Shown here: in pieces, positions 23,524 to 36,027 of the stretch
How positions within the stretch are numbered: the first letter of the stretch is position 1
How the letters are laid out: each line of letters begins with the position of its first letter
Source: Oopsacas minuta
Lineage: Eukaryota > Animalia > Porifera
Direction of reading: 5' to 3'
Assembly (NCBI GenBank): GCA_024704765.1
Contig: JAKMXF010000348.1
Location: forward strand, 3,401 to 67,400
DNA: 64,000 nucleotides
Position numbers and translations under genes: made by a program
Notes under the pieces: model-generated
Database searches by the model: none
The model's input: the letters and a program-made list of their open reading frames with translations, nothing else
What the model was told of the DNA's origin: nothing

Positions 23524-25404
23524 ATGGAATTAGATGGTATGAGTGAATTGACGTTCAAGTGGGTTCAAGATCAGACTAGAGCTAACGATGGTAGTATTGT
23601 TGTCAAAGAAGTTGAGGATTTGAGATACGCATGGTATTTCAACTTTCTATTTTACAAACTTGATAAAATGTGAGTATAGTTGAGGTGGAACCTTGTTAAT
23701 TCGAACACGGTTAATACGAATTTCTGGATAAGACGGACAAAAACTTCCACAAAATAAGGTCCCTAAAATGGATTTTCAATTGGAATTACTCTGGTTAATA
23801 CGAACGCTGGATAATGCATACAAAGTTTGAGCGTTCGTTGGTGTTCGTATTAACGAGGTTCCACTGAATTTGAGCTTTGGATTATTAGTAAACATTCAGT
23901 TTTCCATGTTTTAAATTTTTGTTGAACTTTATTTGATTATGTTAATTTCTAGAAAAAAGGTCGAACTCGATGAATTGAAAAAACTCAACAGTGTAGAAAA
24001 TTGCAAGAAGGTAAGTTAATTTCGTTCTGAATATTTCAGATAATTCACCTGTTTTGAATGATACTAGGTCTCATTACTTGCTAAAGAACTTACAATTGAT
24101 TTGGGATTTGACCCTGAACAGATAGACAAGGTTGAGATAGGTAAACTGAAAAACTTTGCTACAAATCTGTATGAGTACGCACAGAAGAAACATTACACAC
24201 TAGAGGATAACGATGGTTAGGATTTTACATTTACATTACATTCCACCCACTTCTCTAACTTCAAATTTTCTTCACAAAATTCCTTACGAATCTGATACCC
24301 TGACATGATTTCATACAGGGGCCTCACAGCCATACGCCTAAATATTCATTCTAATTTTCCAATTTGTATACGACAATTTTCGTACGCCTAGTTAAGGTCT
24401 GCATAAGTTTATGCGTACCCCTAAAGTAATCCGAAATCTTACTATTAATATAACTACAAATCCAAATAATGATTCAAAGCAGTTAATTAATTTACATACA
24501 ATACAATATAGAGGAATAATATGCAGCAGCCATTGAGTGGAAGCGAATTAGTGTATAGTTAAAATAGCTTCTCTGTTATAACGAATTCTTAGAATAGTAC
24601 GTGAGAATTATTTGAGTATCTTGTATGATTGCTAAATATTTTGCAACACATTATATTCAGGTTCAAACTACGTATACCTAATATGGTATCGCTCATGAAT
24701 ATTGAATACTTAAAGACTGTATACATGTATTTGCGACATACAGTAAACTCTCGCTATATTGAACCTCAAGGGACCATAATAATTACTTCGATATGACCGA
24801 TTAAATATGTGTTACTTTGACGGTTTGGGACTATATTTGTACAATTTTCGATGTAATCGAGTAATCCCCGTGTTGGATGTAATGGGAGTTGACTGTGTGT
24901 TTTTCCAAAATTTATTCATATACTACTGCATATATTTTTGCAGTACCTAAGCTTGTAATACAATGATTACAACAAGTACATAGGACACACTAATCCTATA
25001 ATGCAATCTCCAGCGAAAATAATATCTTCTGTCCCGCTTGTATTTTCATTTGCCATTTTAAATACATCCAAATAATTTCGAATAAAGTTAACCCTCCAAA
25101 ATGCGTTACAAGCAGTTACTCTCGATTATGATGCCACATCTCGGAGGTATACCCGTATATCACTTTTAATCGTCATTCACGAACGAATACATTCTTGGAT
25201 AACAACATTATTTGTCATTGTTAGTTTACTATTATTTTTATAGAAATGATGATGGAGATGGCTGGTAATCTAAGCTGTATGGATGAACCTCACCCAATGG
25301 ATTTACATAAATTTGTAGAACGACCTGGAATTCGACAAGAAAATGAGAAAGAAAAGCTTTTTTCATTCAAGAAGAAATCGAAACTTTGGCCATCAAAGAA
25401 GTGA
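23524..25404 (+). CDS. predicted 4-exon orphan gene, 170 aa (exons 23524-23669, 23953-24010, 24068-24215, 25244-25404); absent from the ORF track
   Basis: GT-AG junctions with matching phases (2, 0, 1) give a stop-free frame MELDGMSELTFKWVQDQ...YAWYFNFLFYKLDK-IKKVEL...LGFDPEQIDKVEIGKLKNFATNLYEY...KKSKLWPSKK*. No family recognised. Confidence 0.7.
23683..23866. mobile_element. Tc1/mariner-type MITE in intron 1 of the orphan gene
   Basis: Ends GTGGAACCTTGTTAAT / ATTAACGAGGTTCCACTG are inverted repeats. The same right end recurs at about 28680-28702. Confidence 0.6.
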
Positions 25405-26012
25405 TCGCTTATTAACATATCTCCTATGAATTATAGAATTACCTTCACTTAATATCAGCAAGATAAATCACTTTTCTTCATTAATTAGTTAGTATTTCAT
25501 GAAGTTTTATGATTATTGTAATTAATTCTTTATCAAAGGACATGTTTCTTCGATTCTTTATTTTTTGTATACATTTAATTAGGGCATTATTCGATCACCA
25601 ATCATCACCACTATCGTTCATTAAACCCAATGATCGGAGATCGTGGTCCCGACCCATGCGTCAAAAAGGATCACGATTTCCGAAATTTATAAGCACTCCT
25701 ATAGGGAGATGCTCTATTACGTGCGTCCATGTGAAATATACAAGTCAGATTTCCAGGAAATTAGTACATAGATACATTTTGGGTTAAGATTCGCAAATTT
25801 TTATGATTTATCGGCCTAAAACGATCTCAAAATTCCATTCAATCCCTGTTCTTAAAATGATATGTGATGATCCTCAAAAATAGGGTGTGATTTTGGGCAG
25901 TTGCTTGTGTACATAAAAATTATTGTAGTAAGATAGGGTGGATTGATGTAGGAGTGGAAGACCATAGGGAATTTAGTCAGGAAATACCGTTTCAAGCCGC
26001 CAGGACTAGAAA

Positions 26013-26291
26013 GTACAATCTCCATATTATAAAGTGTCGGGTAGACACAAGGCACAGAGGCCAACTTACCTGTAAGTTTTTTTGTATGAAAGATTTGTAA
26101 AGTTTTAGTAAGCAATTATTACTCTACACGTCTCTTACTTATATCTAATTCAAAATATAATGTTATGGTTCTATATTAAAAGTTCTTATCTTTTGTTCCT
26201 AGTTTCGAATTTCAAGCTGAATCTGAATCCAGTATTCTCTGTTGAGTCTATTCAGAGATTCTATTTGAAAGAACAAATACCCTACTCGTTA
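26013..26291 (-). repeat. right arm of the approximately 280-bp inverted repeat pair
   Basis: Reverse complement of 22028-22310. Confidence 0.9.
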
Positions 26292-27217
26292 TTGTATTAG
26301 TTAAAAAGAAATGACTAGTTACATGTTGTCAGCTCTTAATCATAAACAGTATGGACTGTAGAGCACCTATATAATACAAGCTCAATTCGCATGCTCGCCC
26401 TGCGCGGCTAGGCCAAGAAAGATGGACATGTTATTCCCTAAATTATATAGATTTGTATTCCCTCATTACTAGAATACAAACTAGACAAAACAAACAAACA
26501 AACAAACAAACAAACAACAATTACTATCTCATAATAGGTACATATTATATGATTATATCCTCATATCTACTTTTAGTTGAAATAGTAGGCAATTGGATTA
26601 AATTGATTCTGAATTCGTATTAGAATTTATCGGAAATATTAGATTGAAGATCCCTTAAGCAGACTATTGATCATACAAAACCGCACTTTATGTCCATGAA
26701 AAGAGTTGCTATTAGGCGGATTTTACTATTAGACGAATCGCTAATTTGAGGTTTTCACTAAATAAGTACAAAATTGTACACAATACCACTTGCACGCAAA
26801 CAACACCCACTTTGCTGTAGTTATTTAACCTACGAATTCTGTAAACGAAAGACAACATGATAGTACTAACTATAATCCCTCTCTGTATGTTGCCTTGTTG
26901 CACCGTGTATAGTACGTAAAATTACAAATTACTTCAGATCTTACGAGCATCTATGAATCCTTGTATAGAAGAATAAATATCAAATACATCTAATCTAACA
27001 TAATTTACTTTGTTAACAATTCCATTGGAATAAGCATACATATTGTAGTAGGTTGAATTATTTTGAATTATCCTTGGTGCCAATTAAACCATATAGCATT
27101 TGTACCGTTGATATAGTGAGTGATGAGTATATATAGATATATAATCTAATTGCAGCATTCAGCATTAATGAAAATATTTACTGTAAAATTGTATTATTTA
27201 CATTTTAAGGGCTACTT

Positions 27218-27978
27218 ATGTCTCGCATTCAGAATTTTAAGAATGTCTGTCGACGTATAGTAATAGATTGTGTATTATTCATTCTTTGGTTTGCTGTTTT
27301 GGTATGCAACATTATTAGTATACTACAATAGGAATAATTCCAGATTCTAGTACAAGGTTATCAAATGTTGGAGGATGTACCTTCTTTATTCATTTCGAAG
27401 AAAGAGAACCAGAATTAAATGCTTTCAATAGTAATATATGTATATACAGAGTAGTTGGTCCATCATTAGTAGGTGTAGTTGCTCTCGGAATCATGATAGG
27501 CATTGGAATCAAATTATGTCTACAATCAAGAGGAAAACTGGGGTGTTGTATATGTTTGAACATCCCCATTTCCGTTATCAGTATCTTTCTCTCATTAATT
27601 GCACTTTCTAACGCCTGTATTATTACATTCGGATTCATATCATCTCGTGTGAATACTTTAGGATATGATGAATCAGGAATTTGGAATACAATAACAACAA
27701 CAGGTTCTACATATGATCCATCCAATATTCCAAATGCATCACTAAGTTCTTGCTGGATTGCAGTAATAATCCTTTTAATCCTAACCATGATATACATTAG
27801 CAGGAGTGCTGTGTATTGTTGGAAGAAGTGTAGTAATCGAAATAATGCTGAGGTAGAAAGCTCTCATGAATTGAATGAATGCTCTGTTGAATCAGTGTTA
27901 CGCTCTAGAACTTCAGAAGCATCCCATATGCCAGAAACACCCTGTAATGGAATAGATACCGTTAAATATTTCTTGTGA
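27218..27978 (+). pseudogene. TMEM179-like 4-TM protein with one frameshift (pseudogene or assembly error)
   Basis: ATG at 27218 gives MSRIQNF...LWFAVLVCNIISIL. A 1-nt deficit near 27323 shifts into the frame IGIIPDSS...GCTFF...MIGIGIK (ORF 27493-27978). Colinear with 29951-30619. Confidence 0.7.
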
Positions 27979-29950
27979 TCAGAAGGATCTTCTTAGCCAT
28001 AGCTATAGATAAACGTTTAGTAGTGTGTCGTTTTCCTAAACGTCTATTTTCTTCACGTGCATTCGAAGGCACATAACTATACGGAACAGTTTTATGTAGA
28101 ATCTATTTATTGGATATTCTAGCATTTAATAATTTAATATTTGCTAAGATTTTGGCTGCTGTATTATCTGAATTAGTTATATTGTTATGTGCCGATTGAT
28201 TTAAGAGTAACAGGGTTTCATATAGAGGGGCTGCCCTGGGATTACCCCCACAGCCGGTTTCTCCCTAATTCTTAAATATTATTACTGAATATTAGGCATT
28301 ATGACAACAATAACAATATGCATGTTACTATTTTCATGGGAAAGTGTTCTTTAGTGGGTGCGATCAATGGTTACCCCCAGCAAAATGTTCAGTATGAAAC
28401 CTGCAGTGACACTCTTTATAACACTAATCCGAATATAATCACAAATCTGAACAAATAATTTTCAATTTAGGTCATTGTAAATCAGATTGTATTGCTATAT
28501 TTTTATTAAGATTACATTATAAATAATAGGAAATTAATGCTCCATGTAATTAGCGCGAATTTCTCCAAATCCTGTGATTTCCTTCGCGATATATCCGTTG
28601 AAAAAATCAGGTCCTACCATGGTTAGTCAATTGGTATTACTCCGGTTAAAGCGAACAAATACTTTCTGTCCTTTGGTATTCGTATTAACGAGGTTCCACT
28701 GTATTTAGATTGGGCAATGATCTAGAAATTTACAATTCCTGAGGGAAATGACGATATCTCTCTACAATACTCAAATACGATAAGAATGAGTTTCAGTGAT
28801 ATCTCTTATGAATCATATCATACAATACTGCTAGAAATTAATACGTATGAATCATCTCCTTTTAACTCAATTAACTCAATTAAAATAATAATTGGAGATG
28901 ATTAATAATAATACTTGTGTAATGTAGAACCCTTCTACAATGTTGATAGTATCAATTGCAAAGATTATTAGAGCACAGATGCATAGGCACCCATGTCCAC
29001 AGGTTGATTATGTGGACAGCCACAAGACCTTGTCCATAGCGTCACTGAATCCTGATATATATTTTAGATTGTAAATACATTTTTGAATACTAGCCAAAGA
29101 AACGTTGTCCAAAGAGTACTAATACGAAATTACGAATACGAATAATAAGAATTCTAGGATTCACGAAAGAACATGTATACTGAATCAGGTCCCTTATTCC
29201 ATCAGTACCACTCTGGTTTACGAACACAGAATAAAGCTAACAAATTTCGATCATTTGTTGGTATTGCTAACACTGTATTCGATTATTCGGTACATACAGT
29301 ACAGGCAGCTGGCACGACTAGTTCGGAGATTGTCGGACAACTTTCTTGATCCACCCATAGATTAGTTGTTAGCGGGCCAAATGCAGTGCCAAAAATATTT
29401 TGCTCCCACCGTTCCTAGTACGTATTTAGCTCTACTACCTATATTGTTCGCATCCTCAGCTTCTCTGCGCTCAGTCCTAAATAGATCATATTAGAGAATG
29501 AATCGAGGGACATTAAATTTTGCCAATTCACTTTGGCCTATTGCCTGCCATACCTGAATCGAGATTTTAGCACCTTTTGACGTCATAAATCACAGATCTT
29601 TTCTGCAATATTCAGTTAAAGCCTGAGAGTAGGTGATTGGAAATCATAATTATCACACGAATGTCTATAGTTCCCCAAAGGTATCAATTTCGATAATTGG
29701 AGAACAAAATCAACTACATTCTGAAAGTTTGCATATTTTAATAATTACATTGGAATAAGCCACTTCTCTCATGAGATTCTTAACAGAACTTTCTATACAA
29801 TAGTAGCAACCTAGCAGATTGAATTACTTAACCTTATTAAGCCATTTGAGCGTATTGGACGGTTGCTATCTTTAGTATAAATATAATCAAACTACTGCAT
29901 TCAGAATTAAATAAAATTTATCGGAAAATTGTGTGGATTAATTGTTACTT

Positions 29951-30619
29951 ATGCCTTCTATCACGAATCCCTTTCGAACAGAGTGTATCTTGTATGCGTT
30001 TTGGTTTGCTGCCTTTCTATGCAACAGTATTACTCTTATAGCGGGAATAATTCCATTTATTGTTCCTAGTACCGATGAGATCGAACCCTGTCCCCTCTTT
30101 ACTCGTTACGAACAGAATCAATCATTCGAAGCTTATATTAGTAACACATGTACATACATAATATTTGCAGATTCAATTGTAAGCGTAGTTATTCTCGGAA
30201 TCATGATGTGCATTGGGATCAAAATATGTCTGAAAGTAGAAATCAGCTGTTTTGAATGTTTAGACGTTCCACTTTCTGTTATCAATTTCTTGATATTATT
30301 AATTGCAATTGCTAACGCATGTATCCAAACCTTCGGTTACATAATAACTTGTTTGAACATTGCTAATTCTACACTAGCTACCTGCGCGGATGTTTGGCAT
30401 AATATTAGCACTGCAAATGGTACATCAGGTTCTATATTTGATGCATTCAATACTCTAAACACTGCACAATATTCATCCTGGATCACAGTAATAATCATTA
30501 GTATTCTCATGGTATTACACCTTATCAGGTGTACTGCGTATGTTTTTCGTGAGAAGCGAAGTGGAAGACGCAAGTTCTCATCGATCAAAAGTAGGAAGGG
30601 AATCAAGGGGAAATTTTAG
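29951..30619 (+). CDS. TMEM179-like tetraspan membrane protein, intronless
   Basis: Four hydrophobic helices with the TMEM179 pattern CxLF...C, G(F/Y)xxxC...TC and AQxxxW (CPLFT, FGYIITC, ATCADV, TAQYSSW). First ATG at 29951. Confidence 0.65.
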   Translation: MPSITNPFRTECILYAFWFAAFLCNSITLIAGIIPFIVPSTDEIEPCPLFTRYEQNQSFEAYISNTCTYIIFADSIVSVVILGIMMCIGIKICLKVEISCFECLDVPLSVINFLILLIAIANACIQTFGYIITCLNIANSTLATCADVWHNISTANGTSGSIFDAFNTLNTAQYSSWITVIIISILMVLHLIRCTAYVFREKRSGRRKFSSIKSRKGIKGKF

Positions 30620-31753
30620 ATTAGCTCTACGAGTAGATCGTTAGCTGATTGTTTAATTGTTTTTGTGCATACGCAAGTCAATACTCTTGTAGTTGTGTAT
30701 TTTTGATAGTTTGTAAAATATCATATTTTTGTAATAAATATATCATGTTAATATTGACTATTTTAATTCACAAATTTCCTGAATTCTAAACCTAATATAA
30801 ATTGAAGAAATTGTATATTTCTATTTGATAGGGAAGTTTGGATCTCCAGTATTTCCCCTTTAAAGTTTAGAGCCTGGTGAAAAATTATAAATTTGAGAAA
30901 GCGGATTTAACGTTCTAATCCTGTCCCAAAAGGGCTGAATTTATCCAACTCGCAAAAATTTCGCTCAAAATTGCATTTATCGTCGTTTTAGCGAGGGAGA
31001 TTAGGATATTTTGAATGAAAATTTTCAAAAAATATCAACCTCAATCCTAACATTGGTTATTATCCCCGAATTCTAACCTATCAAGCCGAAAGAAAATCGT
31101 CTGAGTTATCGAATAGAGCTATTACCAGCCCTATAGCTCCATGAGTTTTTCATGTTTAAGCTCGAACAAACTCAAAATTTTCATTAAACTATTTTTTAAA
31201 ACCTGAATAACTCGATCAATTTTGAAGCTACAGGGTTGGGAATGCTCAGACGATTTTCTTTCATCCGATAGGTTAAAACGCCAAAAAAGGTTCGCCCTCT
31301 GGAGATAATCACCAAAGTTAGGAGTGAGATCGAAATTTGTTATTATTTATACAAGTATATTACATTAATACTCCAAACAAATTCACAAATCTATGCCAAA
31401 GATCTTCCATTTAGGTCATTGCTGTACAAATTTGTGATTTACTACTAATCTATATTCATTCAGATTATAAGAAATTTGGTTTTGCTTTAAGAACTTTAAT
31501 ATTTGGTTACTCAAAATATATACTAACATAATGTATTCAAAACAAGTTTACTGAAAACTTTCAACCACACTCCTTACAGTATCCTAGCAACGAGACACAA
31601 AACATACGCCTGGATGAACTCAAGATTATTTTGTAAAAATATACTCACATCATCTAATCATTCTAATTTCGTTGACAAATTAGGATAGCAACTATAAATA
31701 CAAATAATTATCCTTATCAACAAAGTAATTTATTCGAAATATTCATCATTAAA

Positions 31754-32983
31754 ATGGCAGAACGCTACACAATTGCCCCTCAACTTGCAGACCCCATAGA
31801 GACATACATAAACTATACCATTGATGGTCTCATAGGGCTTCTGAATGTCCGCAGAGCTCAACTGTTAGAGCAAGTCCGCAACTTACGAGAGGAAAAGCGA
31901 GGAGCAGAGATAGCTCGAGATCAAATGATAGCACAATTGACTGAGGCACGGGCACAACTCCAAGGAACATTAAGAGAAAACCCCCTTCAGTCCATGCAAG
32001 AGAGAATGGTAGACCAAATTCAGGAGAAATTGCAAGACTTGCGAAATAACATCCCCTCAGAAACGCAATTAAAGTTGCAGTGCGACACACGTGAACTAGA
32101 ATTTAGAATTTCCAGTCTCGGAGAGATTAAACAGGTATTTGTAGGTGTACCAAATTACGCTGCATTACTAAGGTCCATGGTAGCTACAGGGGAGAAAGGT
32201 CGCGGTCCTGGTGAATTGGATTGGCCACGCGGTGTAGCTATTCACGAAGCAACTAATCAAATATTCGTAGCTAATTGTGGCAATGACAGAGTTGAGATAT
32301 ACTCTGGTACAGGAGAGTACCTCAATCAGCTAGGCTTAGGACAGCCAAAACAACCTTATGGGATAGCTATTCATGGAGAGAATGTATATGTTAGCAGCTG
32401 GGAACAAGACACTGTGAGCAAATTCACACTAACTGAATTGCGAATTGTAAGAGAGATAGGAGGCAAAGGGTTCAACAACGGTCAATTCAACTGTCCTAGA
32501 CAATTAACCACGGATCCACTTGGTTGTGTGTTCATAGCAGATGAGATGAATAACCGAATCAGTGTACATGACAAAGAGCTTAACCATCTACGCAACATAA
32601 AGCACCAGTCTATGTCACAACCTTTTGATGTTAAAGTCTCGCGAGACCGCGTCTACATACTGACTCCAGAAAACAACCCATGTATACACGTACTAACCCT
32701 AGAGGGAGACAAGTTGTACTCTCTAATTACCTGTGGGTTAGGATTGGATGTGTTAAATCCTCTATTCTTTTGTCTAGATCCAATTGACAACTTTATTGTT
32801 AGCGATCTCGGCACTAATTCAATACGGGTGTTCTCCCCTGAAGGTAATAACCTACATACGATAGGAACAGATGGACATCAACAAGGAATGTTCCATCTGC
32901 CCCGAGGAATCGCTATAACTCAAAGTGGGGGTTTGGTTTCGGTGTCACATAATGAGAACTTTGGTCTACAAATATTTTATTAG
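31754..32983 (+). CDS. coiled-coil + NHL beta-propeller protein (TRIM2/3/71-like C-terminus, no RING or B-box), intronless
   Basis: NHL repeats LDWPRGVAI, PYGIAI, FNCPRQLTTD, QPFDVKV, FHLPRGIAI after an N-terminal coiled coil. Confidence 0.88.
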   Translation: MAERYTIAPQLADPIETYINYTIDGLIGLLNVRRAQLLEQVRNLREEKRGAEIARDQMIAQLTEARAQLQGTLRENPLQSMQERMVDQIQEKLQDLRNNIPSETQLKLQCDTRELEFRISSLGEIKQVFVGVPNYAALLRSMVATGEKGRGPGELDWPRGVAIHEATNQIFVANCGNDRVEIYSGTGEYLNQLGLGQPKQPYGIAIHGENVYVSSWEQDTVSKFTLTELRIVREIGGKGFNNGQFNCPRQLTTDPLGCVFIADEMNNRISVHDKELNHLRNIKHQSMSQPFDVKVSRDRVYILTPENNPCIHVLTLEGDKLYSLITCGLGLDVLNPLFFCLDPIDNFIVSDLGTNSIRVFSPEGNNLHTIGTDGHQQGMFHLPRGIAITQSGGLVSVSHNENFGLQIFY

Positions 32984-34150
32984 TAATTTATTGCAATAAT
33001 TTATCGCTTTATGTCTCATTGATACTTTAACCAGGGGACACATGAAAGCCTTACTACTTATCCAGATTACTGAAAGAATATTCATTCAAATATATTAAAC
33101 TGTAACTAACTACAGAAAACCTATAATTTCTGGAAGTCTCGTCCGGGGGCTGCCCGGATATCAGAAATAACAATAACCCTATGAGAGATCCAATTTGTAT
33201 ATGATCTATAATATTGAGATACATTTGTATTGTTGAATCTAGAAGTTTTAACGGTTTGTGGTAAGGTTCGACTGTATAGAAAGTGTATGTGTAGTTATGT
33301 ACTATTCTTCTGAATTATATATTAATAATACACCGATTGACTGATCATATTTCTTTGCAAAAAGATTATGCAACAAATCCTGTGTTTACTCGTGTTCATC
33401 AAGCTCAGGGCTTAGATGGCTTGGGAAATCAGAATATTTTGCGAGTGGGGTTAAAAAGGCATCAGTATAGTCGTTGAAAGTATGAACTATCACAAAAATG
33501 TTTGCAATACCATACTAGGACTCAGTTTACACGATTAACTCAGTATAGTCTTTGAAAGCATGATAATATCTCAAAATTGAACATTTATACTTTATATACA
33601 AATTGAAATTATATACTATACACACAAAAGTACAAATATTCACAATAAGTTGTTCACAATACCATATTAGGACTCAGAATATTCGTTTGCTTAGTATTTT
33701 GGCTTAAAAAATAGAGCAAGGTTTAAATATATGGAGCAATTTCCAGGATGACAATAATTCCCTATAAGTGGATACATTCCTTACAATTTGCTTATAGAAT
33801 TAATAATCTCAATGGTAAATCATTTGCCCTCGTATTTCAATATTAGTAGATAGTTATTTGCCAGTGGGATATTTAAAATGAGTGGCCCAATACATTATAT
33901 CATGAAATACATGAATTTCTTATATCATCATAGAAATAGATGTAATCTATATGGTGATTGCATAGGATAGTTTATAGTAATCAATTAAATGAATATGTGA
34001 ATAGAATATTACATCAAACAGCACAAGTATATATTACAATTACCTCAAAACATCATTATTCAATCAGTAGTTAGATTTGTATGAGAAAAATCCAAAATAA
34101 GGCAAATTTGGATAATTATATAAACCTGATATCTATAATTCTGAAAAGAA

Positions 34151-35269
34151 ATGTTGCAGTTGGGGACAGTAGTATATTTGTTTATTTTAGGGCTAATGTC
34201 TCTGCTAACGACAATAGTATTCTGTTTTTGGTTTGTGTATTTACTAGAAGCAATCAGAAGTAAATTGAAGTTTTACAAACACTGTATTGAACAAGGAATA
34301 GATGACAGCCAACAGCAAATATTAACATACAATGCAAAAACTGAATATGTGAAGAATATTTTCTTGTTTTTGTTGAATTTTGTTGAGTGGATAGCGTTTA
34401 TTTTCGCGAGGATAGGACACATTCTTTATTTCACACAAGAAAACCATCAAAAGAATGAATTGTATACAGACTCAGGAAATGGATCTGTACATGCTAGCTA
34501 TGGTGTGCTCTTCATAGCCCAGGGTGAGGTTCAATTGAACTATTCATTCGCATATAGTTTTCTTTTTCTGCCCAATACATTTGTTGTCTTAAGTCTGGTA
34601 CTGATAGCCAGTCTGTGTATGTATCTAGCATCACGACAAGCTGACAAAAGTTGGATAAAATCCACTTCAATTCCTTATCTAATCGGATTCTTCCTTATTT
34701 GCGCTATGCTCAATCAAATCATAGCATCTTTCTGTGTAGTGCATATCATTGCACATTGGATTAGCATAATATTAACAACGGTACCATTTATAATCGCATT
34801 CCAACAATACAAAAAACTTAATATGGTGATCAATTGGTCAATTGTTGACTTAAGTATTAGTAAAAATAGTGTTTTATTAAAGAAACAGAAAATAATGAAG
34901 GAAAGGTTCACCAAAATATTCATATTCATCTGGATTGGATTTGTATCGTTAATACTATGTGAATTTCTGCAAACTATCTACGATACATTAATTATAGCTT
35001 TACGCACTAATCGCGACGAATATTTCTTCCTTTCACTCTGTCAAAATCCAGAATTTCCTAATTCAGAAATTGATACCCTCCTTACAGTCGTTTTCATCAC
35101 AAAATTCACCTTTGGATTCATAGGCATGTCCTTTATATTCATTCCATACATTGCCTATGGACTTTCAACAATGTATGTGATAGCGTGGAGATTATGGAAA
35201 GGAAAGACTGGCTACAAAACCAATTTTCATAATCCACTGTATACCCCTCTCGTACAAACACATGTGTAG
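34151..35269 (+). CDS. orphan multi-pass (about 7 TM) membrane protein, intronless
   Basis: 372-aa ORF with about 7 TM helices and motif YNAKTEYVKNIFLFLLNFVE, shared with 4118-5263. Confidence 0.8.
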   Translation: MLQLGTVVYLFILGLMSLLTTIVFCFWFVYLLEAIRSKLKFYKHCIEQGIDDSQQQILTYNAKTEYVKNIFLFLLNFVEWIAFIFARIGHILYFTQENHQKNELYTDSGNGSVHASYGVLFIAQGEVQLNYSFAYSFLFLPNTFVVLSLVLIASLCMYLASRQADKSWIKSTSIPYLIGFFLICAMLNQIIASFCVVHIIAHWISIILTTVPFIIAFQQYKKLNMVINWSIVDLSISKNSVLLKKQKIMKERFTKIFIFIWIGFVSLILCEFLQTIYDTLIIALRTNRDEYFFLSLCQNPEFPNSEIDTLLTVVFITKFTFGFIGMSFIFIPYIAYGLSTMYVIAWRLWKGKTGYKTNFHNPLYTPLVQTHV

Positions 35270-36027
35270 AACTTTTGTAATTTTATTGAATTTTTATTTG
35301 TCCCGTGAGTATATTATTTACTTAAACAAATAAAAGTAATTTGGTTTAAACTTCGTATAACTAACCTTACAGCTATTTTCGTGCTGGCACATTACATTGT
35401 GAAGTGTAAAACTATGCTAATTTTGAACTATTGAAAGATCCTGATGCCAATTTGAAGTCTCAAACTCCGTGAGAATATTCATGAGATTTTGAAAATCCGT
35501 GAGAATTGGCATCTCTAACTATATGAAACTGATAATGACGAGTAGACAGGTAATATAATTGTCTGCATTAATCAAGTATATTCAATATATTTTGTATAGT
35601 ATTGGTTTACTAATTGATTAGATTATGTGACTAACACGAGAGGCTTTTATTAATAAGTAATTATAGTCATATAATGGGTAGGAATATAAACAATTTTTAT
35701 ACTTTCACAAACTTTACATTTTGATGAATGTTTTCTGATTGAAATCTTGTACTAAGAGCACTAAACTATGGCAATATGCTAGCAATACTCTTATATATAC
35801 ACGTGTAAACTAGAGAATGAAACTACTATTTCTCCTATGTAATTCAGACTCCTAAAACTAGATCATCGCTCTTCAATATGTTGTAACACATCATACGGCT
35901 TTAAATGCTATAATTTTTTAGTTAAGTCGTAGAATTTCAAATCCTTCATAGATTCAATGTATTAATTATTTATTCAATGAATATTCTCTATTCATTTATA
36001 ATTTTGAAACCTTTCAGCATCTAAGAA

